DNA of 64,000 nt, taken from contig CAYUYL010000001.1 of NCBI GenBank assembly GCA_964449195.1, positions 289 to 64,288 on the forward strand. The letters run 5' to 3'. Within the stretch, counting starts at the first letter, position 1, and each line of letters opens with the position of its first letter. The position numbers and the translations under genes were made by a program. Source of the DNA: an uncultured Filomicrobium sp. Its GTDB lineage: Bacteria; Pseudomonadota; Alphaproteobacteria; Rhizobiales; Hyphomicrobiaceae. This document shows, one piece after another, positions 49,006 through 60,287 of the stretch. The notes beneath the pieces are model-generated. The model did no database searches, was not told the origin of the DNA, and was given only the letters and a program-made list of their open reading frames with translations.

Positions 49006-52000
49006 TCAGGCATCCTGCGCCGTAGCATTTGACATCGCGTCAATCGGGCTCTTGCCGTGTATATCTGCTGGCTTTTTCGTGGCCCTACGCTTTATCTCCT
49101 TCACCTGCGGCTCAAGCGGGACAACGACCTTTTGCATTGCCTCTTGCGCTTCAAGAGCACGGCGATAGTCTACAGGTATAACCTTTTGGAACTTCGGCAG
49201 ATAATTAGGCCAGTCTTTGAGAATCTCTTCGGCACGCGAAGAATTTGTATGACGGGCATGGCTTTCAATCAGAGCATACAGCCGTTCTGCATCATGGTTC
49301 AGAATGTCATGCATTATGTTGTCCAAGCCGATCGCGCTCTTTTGGGTCTCGTTTTCTGGTTTAATCGCCTCAAGTTCGACCATCCCCTTGTTGCAGCGCT
49401 GAGGGAAATCGCCAGCTTCATCCAAGACGTAGGCTACGCCACCAGACATGCCGGCCGCGAAATTCCGTCCTGTATCCCCTAAGACAACAACAATACCGCC
49501 AGTCATATATTCACAACCGTGATCGCCAACGCCTTCAACGACGGCTACGGCACCTGAGTTCCGCACGGCGAAGCGTTCACCAGCAACCCCACGGATGTAA
49601 CTGCTCCCGCTAATCGCACCGTACAAAACGGTATTACCAACAATGATACTGTCTTCAGCGACTATTTTTGCATTCGCGCATGGACGCACAATTAACTTAC
49701 CGCCGGAAAGGCCTTTGCCGACATAGTCATTGGCTTCACCTATGAGATCAAGGGTCACGCCATGGGCACACCATGCACCAAAGCTCTGACCAGCAGCTCC
49801 ACGGAATGTCAACCAGACTGTATCCTCAGGCAGCCCCTGATGACCATAGCGCTTGACGAGACGCCCTGAGAGCATTGCTCCCGTCGCGCGATCAGAGTTG
49901 GATATGGCGACTTCGTATTCAACCGGCTTTTTCTTTTGCAGCGCGGGTTTCGCCGCTTTGATGAGCTCAACATCAAGGACTTGTTTTAAGCCATGCTTCT
50001 GACGCTCACGATTGTAAACCGCAACGCCTTTGCCAACTTTTGGTTGATGGAAGAGCTTACTAAAGTCGAGGCCCTGCGCCTTCCAACTCATAATTGCGTC
50101 GTCTTTGTCAAGCACCTGCGATTGCCCGATCATTTCGTCAAAAGTCCGGAACCCCGTCGCGGCCATCAGTTCACGAATTTCTTCCGCAACGAAGAAGAAG
50201 AAGTTGATCACATGTTCCGGCTCGCCATTAAACTTCGCACGCAGCCGCTCATCCTGCGTCGCGATACCAACCGGGCAGGTATTGAGATGGCATTTACGCA
50301 TCATGAGACAGCCGACGGAAATCAAGGGCGCGGTTGAAAAGCCGAACTCATCGGCCCCGAGCAGAGCCCCAATAACGACATCGCGCCCTGTTCTGAAACC
50401 TCCGTCGACCTGCAACTTCACGCGGCCACGCATCTTATTCAAGACCAACGTCTGCTGGGTTTCAGCCAAGCCAATTTCCCATGGCAGACCGGTATGTTTG
50501 ATCGATGTTGACGGCGCGGCGCCGGTGCCGCCTTCAAATCCGGAGATTGTAATGTGGTCTGCCTTACACTTTGCAACGCCAGTTGCAATCGTCCCAACAC
50601 CAACTTCCGAAACCAGCTTAACCGAAACATCACCATCAGGATTAACGTTCTTCAAGTCATAAATCAGCTGAGCAACATCTTCGATCGAATAGATGTCGTG
50701 ATGCGGTGGTGGCGAGATTAAGCCGACACCGGGTGTTGAGTGCCGCAGCCTGGCAATGGTTTCATCAACTTTCTGACCGGGCAGCTGACCACCTTCACCT
50801 GGCTTCGCGCCCTGTGCCAGCTTAATTTGCATCATGTCAGAGTTGACAAGATATTCAGTCGTCACGCCGAAACGGCCGGAGGCAACCTGCTTAACGGCTG
50901 AACGCATCGAATCGCCGTTCTCCATAGGCTTGAAACGAGCCGGATCTTCGCCACCTTCGCCTGTATTAGATTTCGCGCCTATGCGGTTCATGGCCAGCGC
51001 AAGAGTTGTATGCGCCTCTTTTGAGATAGAACCGAGAGACATGGCACCGGTTGCAAAGCGCTTGACGATTTCAGATGCCGGCTCGACCTCATCAAGAGGC
51101 ACGGTCTGACGTCCAAGTTCTTCCGCAGATTTGATGCGGAACATCCCGCGCAGCGTTGTCAAATATTCAGATTGCTCGTTGATCTGCCGAGCATACGCGC
51201 GATATTTCTCAGGCAGTTTGGCGCGCACTGCATGCTGAAGGTCGGCCACGACAGGCGCTGTCCAGACATGCTTTTCACCACGCACACGCACAGCGTAGTC
51301 TCCGCCAACATCAAGCGCCTGCTCCAGATGGGGAACATCGCCAAAGGCAAGGCGATGACGCTCCATCGTCTCCCGAGCGATTTCGTCAATTCCTATGCCC
51401 CCAATTTGCGAACGCGTGCCATAGAAATAGGTGCAAACGAAACCTTCATCTAGCCCCACAGCGTCAAAGATTTGCGCCCCGCAATAGGATTGGTACGTCG
51501 AAACGCCCATTTTGGACATGACCTTGAGCATGCTTTCATTCACAGCAGCAATATAGTGCCTGTTCAGATCATCCACGCTCAAATCCGCAGACATATCCCC
51601 AAGGCGGTCTTCAATTGTTGCAAAGGCCAGGTACGGATTAATGGCCTCAGCCCCATACCCTGCCAGCGTGCAGAACTGATGCACCTCATGCGCCTCTCCT
51701 GTTTCAACAACAATGCCAACAGCCGTTCGAAGGCCTTTATTGATAAGGTGATGATGCACTGCAGACGTGACCAGCAGTGACGGGATTGGAAGACGATCAG
51801 GGCCCGCCAGACGATCTGACAAAATAATAATGTTATACTGCTTAGCGATCGCTTTTTCGGCTTGATAGCAGATGGTTTCAAGCGCGCTTTCCATCCACTC
51901 AGGGCCGGCCTCGATTGGATAGGTGATATCCAGCGTGAGGGAACGGAACTGGTTATGAGAAACATCGCCAATGTGACGGATACGTTCGAGATCATCGTTG

Positions 52001-53754
52001 GTCAGGATGGGCTGTTCAATCTCAAGGCGTTGCAGCTTTGACGATCCTGTAAAATTGAGAATATTAGGCCTCGGCCCAATGAATGAAACCAGAGACATGA
52101 CCAATTTTTCGCGAATTGGATCAATGGGTGGATTTGTTGCCTGCGCAAAGTTTTGCTTAAAATACGTGTGTAGGAGTCTTGATTTGTTCGACAGCACGGA
52201 TACCGGCGTATCGGTGCCCATGGAGCAGACGGTCTCATGCCCCGTCTGCGCCATCGGCTCTATGAAAAACTTGATGCTTTCCTGCGTATAGCCAAAAGCC
52301 TGCTGCAGATCGAGCAAAGACCCCTGAATTTGCGGCGCCTTTGTGGAGCCCTCTGGCAGTTCCTCTACCCTGATCTGTGTTTTATCAAGCCAAGTCTGGT
52401 ATGGGTGCTGCGCAGCAAGGTCGGTTTTCAATTCATCGTCGGAAACGATACGGCCTTCTTCAAGGTCAATGAGCAGCATTCTCCCGGGCTGCAGGCGCCA
52501 TTTCTCTACAATCTCTTCTTCAGGTGTCGGCAGCACGCCCGCTTCAGAGGCCATAACCACCAGACCACCTTTGGTCCTGAAATAACGCGCGGGGCGCAGA
52601 CCATTGCGATCCAATGTCGCCACGATTTGACGCCCATCTGTAAACGCAACTGCAGCCGGACCATCCCATGGCTCCATCAAAGCTGCGTTATATTCATAGA
52701 ATGCGCGGCGATCATCGCTCATAAACGAATTGTGTTCCCACGCCTCGGGAATCAGCATCGTCGCCGCATGTGCCAGCGAATAACCGCCCATGATAAGGAA
52801 CTCAAGCGCATTATCAAAACACGCCGTGTCCGATTGCCCCTCGAACGAAATCGGCCAGATTTTGTCGAGGTCATCGCCGAACAATTCTGATGACGCAGAG
52901 CCCTGCCATGCTCTCATCCAGTTAAAGTTGGAGCGGGCGGTATTAATTTCGCCGTTGTGCGCAACCATCCGATATGGATGCGCCAACTCCCATGACGGGA
53001 ACGTGTTTGTCGAAAATCGCTGATGCACCAAGGCAATCGCTGATTTAAAGCGCAGCTCGGTCAAATCCGGGTAATAGGCAGAAAGCTGGTCGGACAGAAA
53101 CATGCCTTTGTAGACAATCGTTCGACTTGAAAGCGAAACGATATAGAAATTATTGTCCTTCGCACTACGGCCAGACGTTGAAATTTTCGCTTCAATGGCG
53201 TTGCTCACCACCTTGCGCACAACGTAAAGCTTGCGCTCAAAGAGTGCGTCATCCTCGACATCGGGGCCTTTACCGATAAAAACCTGACGGTGAACAGGCT
53301 CAACGGATATGGTCGGCGGCGAAAGGCAACTGTTATCGGTTGGCACATCGCGCCAACCAAGCAGAACAAGCCCTTCCTGCCTGCATGCCTGCTCAAACTT
53401 TGTCTCGCACTCTTTGCGGAGCCGTCTTCCCCGCGGCATAAAGACATGGCCGACGGCATAATCACCAGCTTCCGGCAGCTCAAACTCTGTATCAGCGCGA
53501 AAAAATTCATCGGGTATTTGAACCAGCATTCCGGCGCCATCACCGGATCTTGGATCTGCCCCTACGGCTCCGCGATGGGTAAGGTTTGCCAGTATCTGCA
53601 AGCCATCCGTGATAATTTTATGCGACTTTTTTGCGCTTAGATCCGCGACAAACCCAACTCCACAGGCATCATGCTCATTGCGTGGATCATATAGCCCTTC
53701 GCAATCATGGTGATGGGAACGCGTGTTATTGTAAGCGCGCGCACTTCTTATCAT
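49006..53754 (-). CDS. gltB: glutamate synthase large subunit
   Basis: Ntn amidotransferase HDACGVGFVA, FMN/3Fe-4S central region, and the C-terminal GXGXG beta-helix domain (GDHGCEYMTGG). 1582 aa. Confidence 0.95.
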   Translation of the reverse strand: MIRSARAYNNTRSHHHDCEGLYDPRNEHDACGVGFVADLSAKKSHKIITDGLQILANLTHRGAVGADPRSGDGAGMLVQIPDEFFRADTEFELPEAGDYAVGHVFMPRGRRLRKECETKFEQACRQEGLVLLGWRDVPTDNSCLSPPTISVEPVHRQVFIGKGPDVEDDALFERKLYVVRKVVSNAIEAKISTSGRSAKDNNFYIVSLSSRTIVYKGMFLSDQLSAYYPDLTELRFKSAIALVHQRFSTNTFPSWELAHPYRMVAHNGEINTARSNFNWMRAWQGSASSELFGDDLDKIWPISFEGQSDTACFDNALEFLIMGGYSLAHAATMLIPEAWEHNSFMSDDRRAFYEYNAALMEPWDGPAAVAFTDGRQIVATLDRNGLRPARYFRTKGGLVVMASEAGVLPTPEEEIVEKWRLQPGRMLLIDLEEGRIVSDDELKTDLAAQHPYQTWLDKTQIRVEELPEGSTKAPQIQGSLLDLQQAFGYTQESIKFFIEPMAQTGHETVCSMGTDTPVSVLSNKSRLLHTYFKQNFAQATNPPIDPIREKLVMSLVSFIGPRPNILNFTGSSKLQRLEIEQPILTNDDLERIRHIGDVSHNQFRSLTLDITYPIEAGPEWMESALETICYQAEKAIAKQYNIIILSDRLAGPDRLPIPSLLVTSAVHHHLINKGLRTAVGIVVETGEAHEVHQFCTLAGYGAEAINPYLAFATIEDRLGDMSADLSVDDLNRHYIAAVNESMLKVMSKMGVSTYQSYCGAQIFDAVGLDEGFVCTYFYGTRSQIGGIGIDEIARETMERHRLAFGDVPHLEQALDVGGDYAVRVRGEKHVWTAPVVADLQHAVRAKLPEKYRAYARQINEQSEYLTTLRGMFRIKSAEELGRQTVPLDEVEPASEIVKRFATGAMSLGSISKEAHTTLALAMNRIGAKSNTGEGGEDPARFKPMENGDSMRSAVKQVASGRFGVTTEYLVNSDMMQIKLAQGAKPGEGGQLPGQKVDETIARLRHSTPGVGLISPPPHHDIYSIEDVAQLIYDLKNVNPDGDVSVKLVSEVGVGTIATGVAKCKADHITISGFEGGTGAAPSTSIKHTGLPWEIGLAETQQTLVLNKMRGRVKLQVDGGFRTGRDVVIGALLGADEFGFSTAPLISVGCLMMRKCHLNTCPVGIATQDERLRAKFNGEPEHVINFFFFVAEEIRELMAATGFRTFDEMIGQSQVLDKDDAIMSWKAQGLDFSKLFHQPKVGKGVAVYNRERQKHGLKQVLDVELIKAAKPALQKKKPVEYEVAISNSDRATGAMLSGRLVKRYGHQGLPEDTVWLTFRGAAGQSFGAWCAHGVTLDLIGEANDYVGKGLSGGKLIVRPCANAKIVAEDSIIVGNTVLYGAISGSSYIRGVAGERFAVRNSGAVAVVEGVGDHGCEYMTGGIVVVLGDTGRNFAAGMSGGVAYVLDEAGDFPQRCNKGMVELEAIKPENETQKSAIGLDNIMHDILNHDAERLYALIESHARHTNSSRAEEILKDWPNYLPKFQKVIPVDYRRALEAQEAMQKVVVPLEPQVKEIKRRATKKPADIHGKSPIDAMSNATAQDA

Positions 53755-54032
53755 AAGATAGCCTCATCCTTCCTATATGCCGTGTGGGTCAGCCTTATAT
53801 CGTGATACGTGATGCACCCATCGTCAGCACACAACGTACACTTACTTCCAGCATGCCGGATACCCATTCCGACGTATTTTCAACGTATTTATGTGCTCAT
53901 CGGACTTAAGCAACCAAATATCTTACGCCGTTCAGCATTTCACTTTGCGACCGTATCAAACTCACAGTTGGCATCTAAGGCCGCTTCATCAGAGACACAA
54001 CGGTAGCGCCCAACAAAATGACATACATAAAA

Positions 54033-54065
54033 CCGTAATTTATATGCTAAAATTGCATAAATTAC
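54033..54065. promoter_or_regulatory. perfect 10-bp inverted repeat CGTAATTTAT-N13-ATAAATTACG between lysK and gltB (operator or AT-rich lysK terminator)
   Basis: Arms at 54033-54042 and 54056-54065. On the minus strand it is followed by GTTTTATG. It lies about 280-310 nt upstream of the gltB start. Confidence 0.3.
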
Positions 54066-54201
54066 GCGGGTTTATAAAAACACTATTTGCAAAACACACC
54101 CTGCAACCCTATGAAATTTCTTTAGCCACAAATGACGTTCACAAGTGTTTTACTCTAAAGAGTTTTATTGCAATCAAACGGAAACGTCAACATTGTTGAC
54201 A

Positions 54202-55818
54202 TTACGATAGACGTGACGCAATCAGAGCGCGGGTTTCCTCTACGCCATAAAGCTCAATAAATGAGCCGAACCGAGGCCCTTGCGATTGTCCAAGCAAAAC
54301 CTCGTAGATTGCCTTAAACCAATCACGCATCCTATCTTCAAAGCCTGCTGAGCGACCGACATCGTAAACGATTTGCTGCAATTCCGCTCCGCTCGAACGA
54401 GAACCAGCCTCTGCCAGCTTATTTTCCAGGGCAAGCAGGGCCGCCTGCTCTACCTCGCTTGGCGCTCTGAACACTTTTGCCGGCTTCACGAAGCTGTCGA
54501 AATATTCGATCGCATAGCCGACCATTTGATCAAGCAGTGGATGTGTTTCGGGCGTGACATCTTCGGACATGCGGCGAATAAAGCCCCACAGCACGGCCTT
54601 ATCATGCGCATTAGAAGCCGAGACAAGGTTTAAAAGGAGTGTAAAACTGACCGGCACCTGCGCAACCGGCGGCGTGCCGCCATGAATATGCCAGACCGGA
54701 CTGTCGAGACGCTTGTTTCCATCGATCTCAGGATACTTGGCGAGAAACGTCAGATACTCATCAACGGTCTTCGGAATGATATCAAAATAAAGCTTTTTGG
54801 CTGCTTTCGGCTTGTTGAACATATAAAGCGTAAGGCTTTCAGGAGACGCGTATGTCAGCCATTCATCTATTGTCAGCCCGTTGCCCTTAGACTTCGAGAT
54901 TTTCTCGCCCTTCTCATCCAAGAACAATTCATAGCTAAATCCCTCGGGCGGCGCGCCGCCCAACGCGCGGCAGATCTTGGAAGACAACGCCACAGAGTCG
55001 ATCAGATCCTTGCCGGCCATCTCATAATCAACGCCCAGCGCCGCCCAACGCATGGCCCAGTCTGCCTTCCACTGGCATTTGACGCGCCCGCCCGTGACCG
55101 CCGTTTCAACTTTTTCGCCCGTTTCCGGATCATCGTATGTAACGGTGCCTGCTGCAACATCGCGCGCAATCATCGGCACCTGTAATACGTGGCCGGTGCG
55201 TGAGCATATGGGTAGAAAAGGAGAGTACGTCTGCTGGCGCTCAGGACCAATCGTCGGCAGGATAATATCCATCACCTTATCATAAACGGATAGCATTTTA
55301 AGCAGCGTCTCATCCATCATACCGGATTTGTAGCATTCAGTGGCCGAAAAAAATTCGTATTCAAATCCGAAACGGTCCAGAAAGCTGCGCAACCTTGCAT
55401 TGTTGTGGTGGGCAAAACTTTCGTATTCAGAAAAGGGATCGGGCACACTTGTCAACGCCTTGCCAAGATGCTTGGCCAGAAGTTCTTGATTTGGCACGTT
55501 GCCTGGAACTTTGCGGAAACCGTCCATATCGTCCGAGAAGCAGATCAGACGTGTCGTGTAACGGCCTTCAGTGAGAACTTCAAACGCCTTGCGCACCATG
55601 GAAGTCCGCGCAACTTCGCCAAATGTACCGATGTGCGGTAATCCAGACGGACCATATCCCGTTTCAAAAACAACTGTTCTTTCCTCAGTCCCGGATGAAC
55701 GCTCAAGCCTTTTGACAAGCCGGCGCGCCTCTTCAAATGGCCACGCCTTGGACGTTTGGGCAAGTTCGGCAAGGCTGGCGGTCATAGCTGCATCGGTTGC
55801 AGAGGCGGCTGTCATCAT
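54202..55818 (-). CDS. lysK: lysine--tRNA ligase, class I
   Basis: [17 protein letters not shown] (HIGH-type) and KISKSKGNG (KMSKS-type). 538 aa, the class I LysRS architecture common in Alphaproteobacteria. Confidence 0.92.
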   Translation of the reverse strand: MMTAASATDAAMTASLAELAQTSKAWPFEEARRLVKRLERSSGTEERTVVFETGYGPSGLPHIGTFGEVARTSMVRKAFEVLTEGRYTTRLICFSDDMDGFRKVPGNVPNQELLAKHLGKALTSVPDPFSEYESFAHHNNARLRSFLDRFGFEYEFFSATECYKSGMMDETLLKMLSVYDKVMDIILPTIGPERQQTYSPFLPICSRTGHVLQVPMIARDVAAGTVTYDDPETGEKVETAVTGGRVKCQWKADWAMRWAALGVDYEMAGKDLIDSVALSSKICRALGGAPPEGFSYELFLDEKGEKISKSKGNGLTIDEWLTYASPESLTLYMFNKPKAAKKLYFDIIPKTVDEYLTFLAKYPEIDGNKRLDSPVWHIHGGTPPVAQVPVSFTLLLNLVSASNAHDKAVLWGFIRRMSEDVTPETHPLLDQMVGYAIEYFDSFVKPAKVFRAPSEVEQAALLALENKLAEAGSRSSGAELQQIVYDVGRSAGFEDRMRDWFKAIYEVLLGQSQGPRFGSFIELYGVEETRALIASRLS

Positions 55819-56168
55819 AATAAACCATTCGTCGTAAAAAAGTTATATTTTAGGCCCGTCGTGCCATTTCGCGTCTTTTTGCAACAAGCCTCATTACTCC
55901 ACCGGTCCACTCCCACTCCCGGCCAACCAACGGCGTAATCTCATGGCTGGCTGGACGAGAGAGTAGGATGGTCAAACTGAAACGAAAACACTCCAGGCTA
56001 GCGACGATGTAGCCGCAGTCAATACAATTCGTCAAATGCCTGAGCTTGAAGTATATATGTGTTTCAGGTGCATATTATTGTCGTGCTGTTCATCCGACTG
56101 GCCCTTGCGCAAGGGCTTTAAATCAATACATAGCGTCTATAAATGATAAGTTAAATTTAGGGAAGGTC

Positions 56169-56582
56169 ATGACCGATCAACTCACACCGCAGCAAGCTAT
56201 TATTTATGCCATGATCTCAGCGTCGGCCGTCGACAATCAAATGAGTGATGTTGAACTGGCACGCATCGGATGGATCGTGCAGGAACTGCCTGCATTCGAG
56301 AGTTTTGATCCAGACAACCTGGTGATGGAGGCACAAGCCTGCAGCCGCGTTGTTTCAGGCCCTGACGGCCTCAACAAGGTTCTCGATATGATTTCCGAAG
56401 CCCTGCCGCTACACATGCGCGAAACGGTGTTCGTATTGTCAGCAGAAATCGCAGCATCCGATCAGAAGGCAAGTCCGGAAGAACGCCGTTTTCTGCAGCT
56501 TTTAGCCCAACGCCTTGGCCTGGATCCCTTACTTGTAGCAGCCCTGACGCGCGCAGCTGTTGCACGTCATTACACGGCTTGA
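56169..56582 (+). CDS. TerB-family (tellurite-resistance-like) protein
   Basis: ATG at 56169 after GGAAGG. LTPQQAIIYAMISASAVDNQMSDVELARI...LRETVFVLSAEIAASDQKASPEERRFLQLL. Confidence 0.75.
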   Translation: MTDQLTPQQAIIYAMISASAVDNQMSDVELARIGWIVQELPAFESFDPDNLVMEAQACSRVVSGPDGLNKVLDMISEALPLHMRETVFVLSAEIAASDQKASPEERRFLQLLAQRLGLDPLLVAALTRAAVARHYTA

Positions 56583-56657
56583 TGAGTACTTATACGCGCA
56601 TGTGAAGCGGCCACTGCATAAATTGAGTTATCATACAAAACGATGAGCTGAAATCTG

Positions 56658-57077
56658 ATGCCAACCACAGATCTTTTTCCGCCTCGCGGCTCCAAAGCCG
56701 AGATTGAAGAAGGACACCTGTTCCAGCCAAAGTTCGATGCGGATGGGCTTATCCCGGCGATCGTGCTTGATATCAACAGCAGGGATGTAGTGATGTTTGC
56801 GTGGATGAGCGCAGAAGCACTGCAAATCACGATAGAATCCGGCGAGGCACATTTTTGGAGCCGGTCGCGCGCGAAGCTCTGGAAAAAAGGCGAAGACAGC
56901 GGCAATACACTACGGGTGGCTCGTATCCGTACGGACTGCGATCAGGATGCCATTCTACTTGAGGTTAACGTCCTGGGTACGGGCAATGCATGCCACACCA
57001 GCCGCCATACGTGCTTTTATCGCGATATTAAAGAAGACAAGGCAAGCTCCACATTTCATCTTGAATTTAAAGAATAG
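56658..57077 (+). CDS. hisI: phosphoribosyl-AMP cyclohydrolase
   Basis: DGLIPAIVLD...WMSAEAL..T...GEAHFWSRSR.KLWKKGEDSGN...IRTDCDQDAILL...G.ACHTS..TCFYR. Confidence 0.92.
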   Translation: MPTTDLFPPRGSKAEIEEGHLFQPKFDADGLIPAIVLDINSRDVVMFAWMSAEALQITIESGEAHFWSRSRAKLWKKGEDSGNTLRVARIRTDCDQDAILLEVNVLGTGNACHTSRHTCFYRDIKEDKASSTFHLEFKE

Positions 57078-57187
57078 CATAACATCCTGCATTCGCAGAA
57101 TAGGGCATTCTCCAGCGGTTTCAGCTGCATTTACCGCACGCAGCAGACGACCAAAGCCTATCTCGCTTTTGAGAAATTGGGCAGCGT

Positions 57188-57910
57188 TCAACCTGCCAAA
57201 CCCTCACTATTCCCGCGATCAACCAAACCAAAGAGCAAAAAACCAGCTATAAAACCGCCAAGATGTGCTTCCCAGGCAATGCCCCCACCGGCAAAAAGAG
57301 CAGGCCCGGCGAGCGCAAACAGGAAATTCATGGCGATCCAAACACCCGTTGCAAGCATAGTCTGGCGATGCCGCAACGCTGCCCCTAATGAAAGCCTTGG
57401 AATTCTTAATGGGTAATGCTGCAAAACCGCTATACCACCGTATTGCCGGGCTGTGAAAATAAGACGAAAAGCACAGCCCATAAGGCCGGAAACCGCCCCC
57501 GACATCCCGACAACAACCGTTTGCGCAAAGCCATTGACCACCACATATGTCAATCCGCCGGCAACCGCACAGGCAACGAACATGAGCAGAAAGCCTGCGG
57601 CTCCTGCGCGCCTTGCGACCAGCGATCCGAAAGCGAGCAACCAGGCGCTATTAATGAACAAATGCACCCAGTCGCCGTGCAGAAGCGTGTGTGTTGCAAG
57701 CGATGTAACACCAACAAGAAAGCCACCTGGAACGCCAGCACCATCCGGCCCTAGCCGATAAGGATAGAGCGATAGATAGGTAATCAATTCCTGATTGAGA
57801 AGTGGACCGCTCAAAGAGCGCAACGCATGCATCACCGCCACAACGGCAAGCACTATAACCACAACACCCGGCGCGTTCACAATCGGCTCGCGCCTGTAAG
57901 TATCTCCCAT
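57188..57910 (-). CDS. rhomboid family intramembrane serine protease
   Basis: The likely start is MGDTYRRE at 57910. Six TM segments. HGDWVHLFINS, GMSGAVSGLMG (catalytic GxSG) and AHLGGFIAG. Confidence 0.85.
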   Translation of the reverse strand: MGDTYRREPIVNAPGVVVIVLAVVAVMHALRSLSGPLLNQELITYLSLYPYRLGPDGAGVPGGFLVGVTSLATHTLLHGDWVHLFINSAWLLAFGSLVARRAGAAGFLLMFVACAVAGGLTYVVVNGFAQTVVVGMSGAVSGLMGCAFRLIFTARQYGGIAVLQHYPLRIPRLSLGAALRHRQTMLATGVWIAMNFLFALAGPALFAGGGIAWEAHLGGFIAGFLLFGLVDRGNSEGLAG

Positions 57911-58095
57911 GGCAGCCCTTAACCTTTTCGCCAACTGCGCGCTGACTTTAACGCAACAAACCGGTAAATGGCATACTTCCTGCTCTTTAGTACGCCGCTC
58001 TATCAGGCAACAACGCCGTCCCCGACAAAGGCGATGCATCGATGCGCCATACCTTGGAACAAGATTATCGGCAGACGCAAGGACAACCTATATAA

Positions 58096-58716
58096 ATGCA
58101 ACATGAAACAAACCGGGTACTCTTTGCATATTGGGACCAATTGCGAAACGGGCGCATTGCCCCAAAGCGAAACGAGATTGATCCTGCACGCATATCTACA
58201 ATTTTACCGCAAGTCATGATGCTGGATTGCCAAACCCCCGGCAACTATTGCTTCCGGATTGCAGGCACGAAACTATGCCGGTATTTCGATGCAGAATTGC
58301 GCGGATATAATTTTTTAAATCTGTGGCATCCCTTTGACCGCAAATCTATGCGCGACAAACTTGCAGCTATTAGTGAACATGGCAATCCAGCCACTTTTGA
58401 TGTACAATCACATAACACCTTTGGTGAGACTGTCTTTTCAGAATTGCTTATTTTACCGCTGACACGGCCGGATGGAAAAATTTACCGCCTCCTTGGAGCC
58501 TGGAGCCTGACTGAGGATTTTTCCTGGCGCAACGCTACCCCACTGTCCAAACATTCCCTGGTTGAGACGGGACAGACGCCACGGTTACACACACTGACCG
58601 ACCGGATATTTACCCCCCTTGATCAAGTAAAAGATACCGGCATTCATCTACATAATGAACATCAGACAAACTCACCCAAACGCCGTTTTAGAGTCTATGA
58701 CGGCGGGCGCCCGTAA
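58096..58716 (+). CDS. PAS domain protein (PAS_5/DUF1457-like)
   Basis: LFAYWDQLRNGRIAPKRNEIDPARISTILPQVMMLD...FRIAGTKLCRYF, typical of the alphaproteobacterial stand-alone PAS_5 family. Confidence 0.75.
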   Translation: MQHETNRVLFAYWDQLRNGRIAPKRNEIDPARISTILPQVMMLDCQTPGNYCFRIAGTKLCRYFDAELRGYNFLNLWHPFDRKSMRDKLAAISEHGNPATFDVQSHNTFGETVFSELLILPLTRPDGKIYRLLGAWSLTEDFSWRNATPLSKHSLVETGQTPRLHTLTDRIFTPLDQVKDTGIHLHNEHQTNSPKRRFRVYDGGRP

Positions 58717-60008
58717 GACGGCGTTTCCCGTGCTTCATGCCTTTCGAAAATACCCGCCTCCGTTTGCCCTGCTTGATAGCGAATGAGCCATAATGAAGCC
58801 AAGACCATAGCCAGGGCGACCGGCAATACAGTAAGATTTAAGATGCTCCATCCAACTTTTGCTTGAAGAAGACCGGAAAGCCCCGCCGCTGAGGCTGTCA
58901 TTGCAAAAACCATAAAATCATGACTTGCCTGCACTTTCGCGCGCTCGGATGGCTGATAGGTTTGTGTCAGCAACGACGAACCACCAATATACGTGAAATT
59001 CCACCCTAGACCGACGAGAACATTGGCAATAAAAAAGTTCATAAACTCAAGGCCAGCAGCATTCACTAAAGCGCATACGCCCTGCATCAGCACACCGCAG
59101 GCAATAATGAGCAGGGCCCCAAAGCGCCCAATTAAATAGCCGGTAAAGAACGAGGGTAGAAACATCGCGATAACATGCGCCTGAATAACAGTTGCGCTGG
59201 AATTGAAATCAAAACCACAAGCAAGCATAGCAAGCGGCGTCGCCGACATCACCAACGCCATCACACCATAACCGAACATAGATGAGATTACGGCAACAAG
59301 ATAAGCCGGCTGCCGGACAATCAAACGCATTGGTCTGCCGCTAGACTTGCGCTCCTGGGCCGTGAGGCCTGGAATTCTGAGGCCTTGAATGAATAACAAC
59401 AGGAGTGCAGAATATACGATGACCATGACGTAAACGCCGGCAAACGTCACAGGCTCAAACCAGTCAACAACATATTTGGCCGTTTGTGGACCAAGAAAAC
59501 CGGCGAATACACCGCCCGCCATAACCAGCGAGATAGCTTTTGGGCGGAATGCAGCATCGACAGTGTCCGCGGCGGCGAAACGATAATAGATGGCAAAGGC
59601 TGCTGAACACCCCATCAGCATCAGTCCAGCACACAACCACAGAAAATCCTGCTGAAAGATTGCTGCGGCAGATAGACCGCCTGACCCCACGCCGATGACG
59701 GCGCCCAGTGAAAAACCGGCGCGGCGTCCGATGCGAGCCATCAATAGCGAGGCCGGCACCGTCATGATCATAATGCCAACATGGTAAAGCATGAGCGGCA
59801 GGGTGGCCATAGCTTTATCAACCTCGAGCAACGCATGGCCGGCCAGCGGTGTTGTGGAGACCGCAAGTGTTGTTACACACATATACAATGCCTGGCAGAC
59901 CGCCAACCAAGATACATTGCGCCTGGTATCATCTGGAAGCGACGGCTTCGGCATGCTGTCTGCAATCATTGAGCCCTCCGTTTTCGCGCCAACGCAGATA
60001 TTGCACAT
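58695..60008 (-). CDS. MFS transporter
   Basis: Twelve hydrophobic segments and the loop motif MARIGRRAGF between TM2 and TM3. An alternative start at 59969 is possible. The 3' end overlaps the convergent PAS gene by 22 nt. Confidence 0.85.
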   Translation of the reverse strand: MCNICVGAKTEGSMIADSMPKPSLPDDTRRNVSWLAVCQALYMCVTTLAVSTTPLAGHALLEVDKAMATLPLMLYHVGIMIMTVPASLLMARIGRRAGFSLGAVIGVGSGGLSAAAIFQQDFLWLCAGLMLMGCSAAFAIYYRFAAADTVDAAFRPKAISLVMAGGVFAGFLGPQTAKYVVDWFEPVTFAGVYVMVIVYSALLLLFIQGLRIPGLTAQERKSSGRPMRLIVRQPAYLVAVISSMFGYGVMALVMSATPLAMLACGFDFNSSATVIQAHVIAMFLPSFFTGYLIGRFGALLIIACGVLMQGVCALVNAAGLEFMNFFIANVLVGLGWNFTYIGGSSLLTQTYQPSERAKVQASHDFMVFAMTASAAGLSGLLQAKVGWSILNLTVLPVALAMVLASLWLIRYQAGQTEAGIFERHEARETPSYGRPPS

Positions 60009-60287
60009 ATCTTATAACCTCAGTTCCCTTTGAAATCTCAGGCAATGCGCAATGGAGCTGGCTCACAACAAAGGCCGGTATTGTTGTATATCTATCTCAT
60101 GATCTTAAGGCCGGCCATATTCAGGATGCGCCCGGTCTCAACTGTCAATAGTGTTCCCGGTCGTTCAGTCAGATTGATACAAAAAGACTCTCAATCATAT
60201 ACTTCCCCCAATTTGGCGGAAAGCGTTGCGCCGGTGATAAAGGACGCGTCATCGGAGGTCAGGAAGGCAACACATAAAAATCTGGGA

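Noticed and set aside
52237-52890. 217-aa plus-strand ORF and the many other ORFs listed inside 49006..53754
   Set aside because: All are nested in or antisense to gltB, whose 1582-aa frame carries domain motifs end to end.
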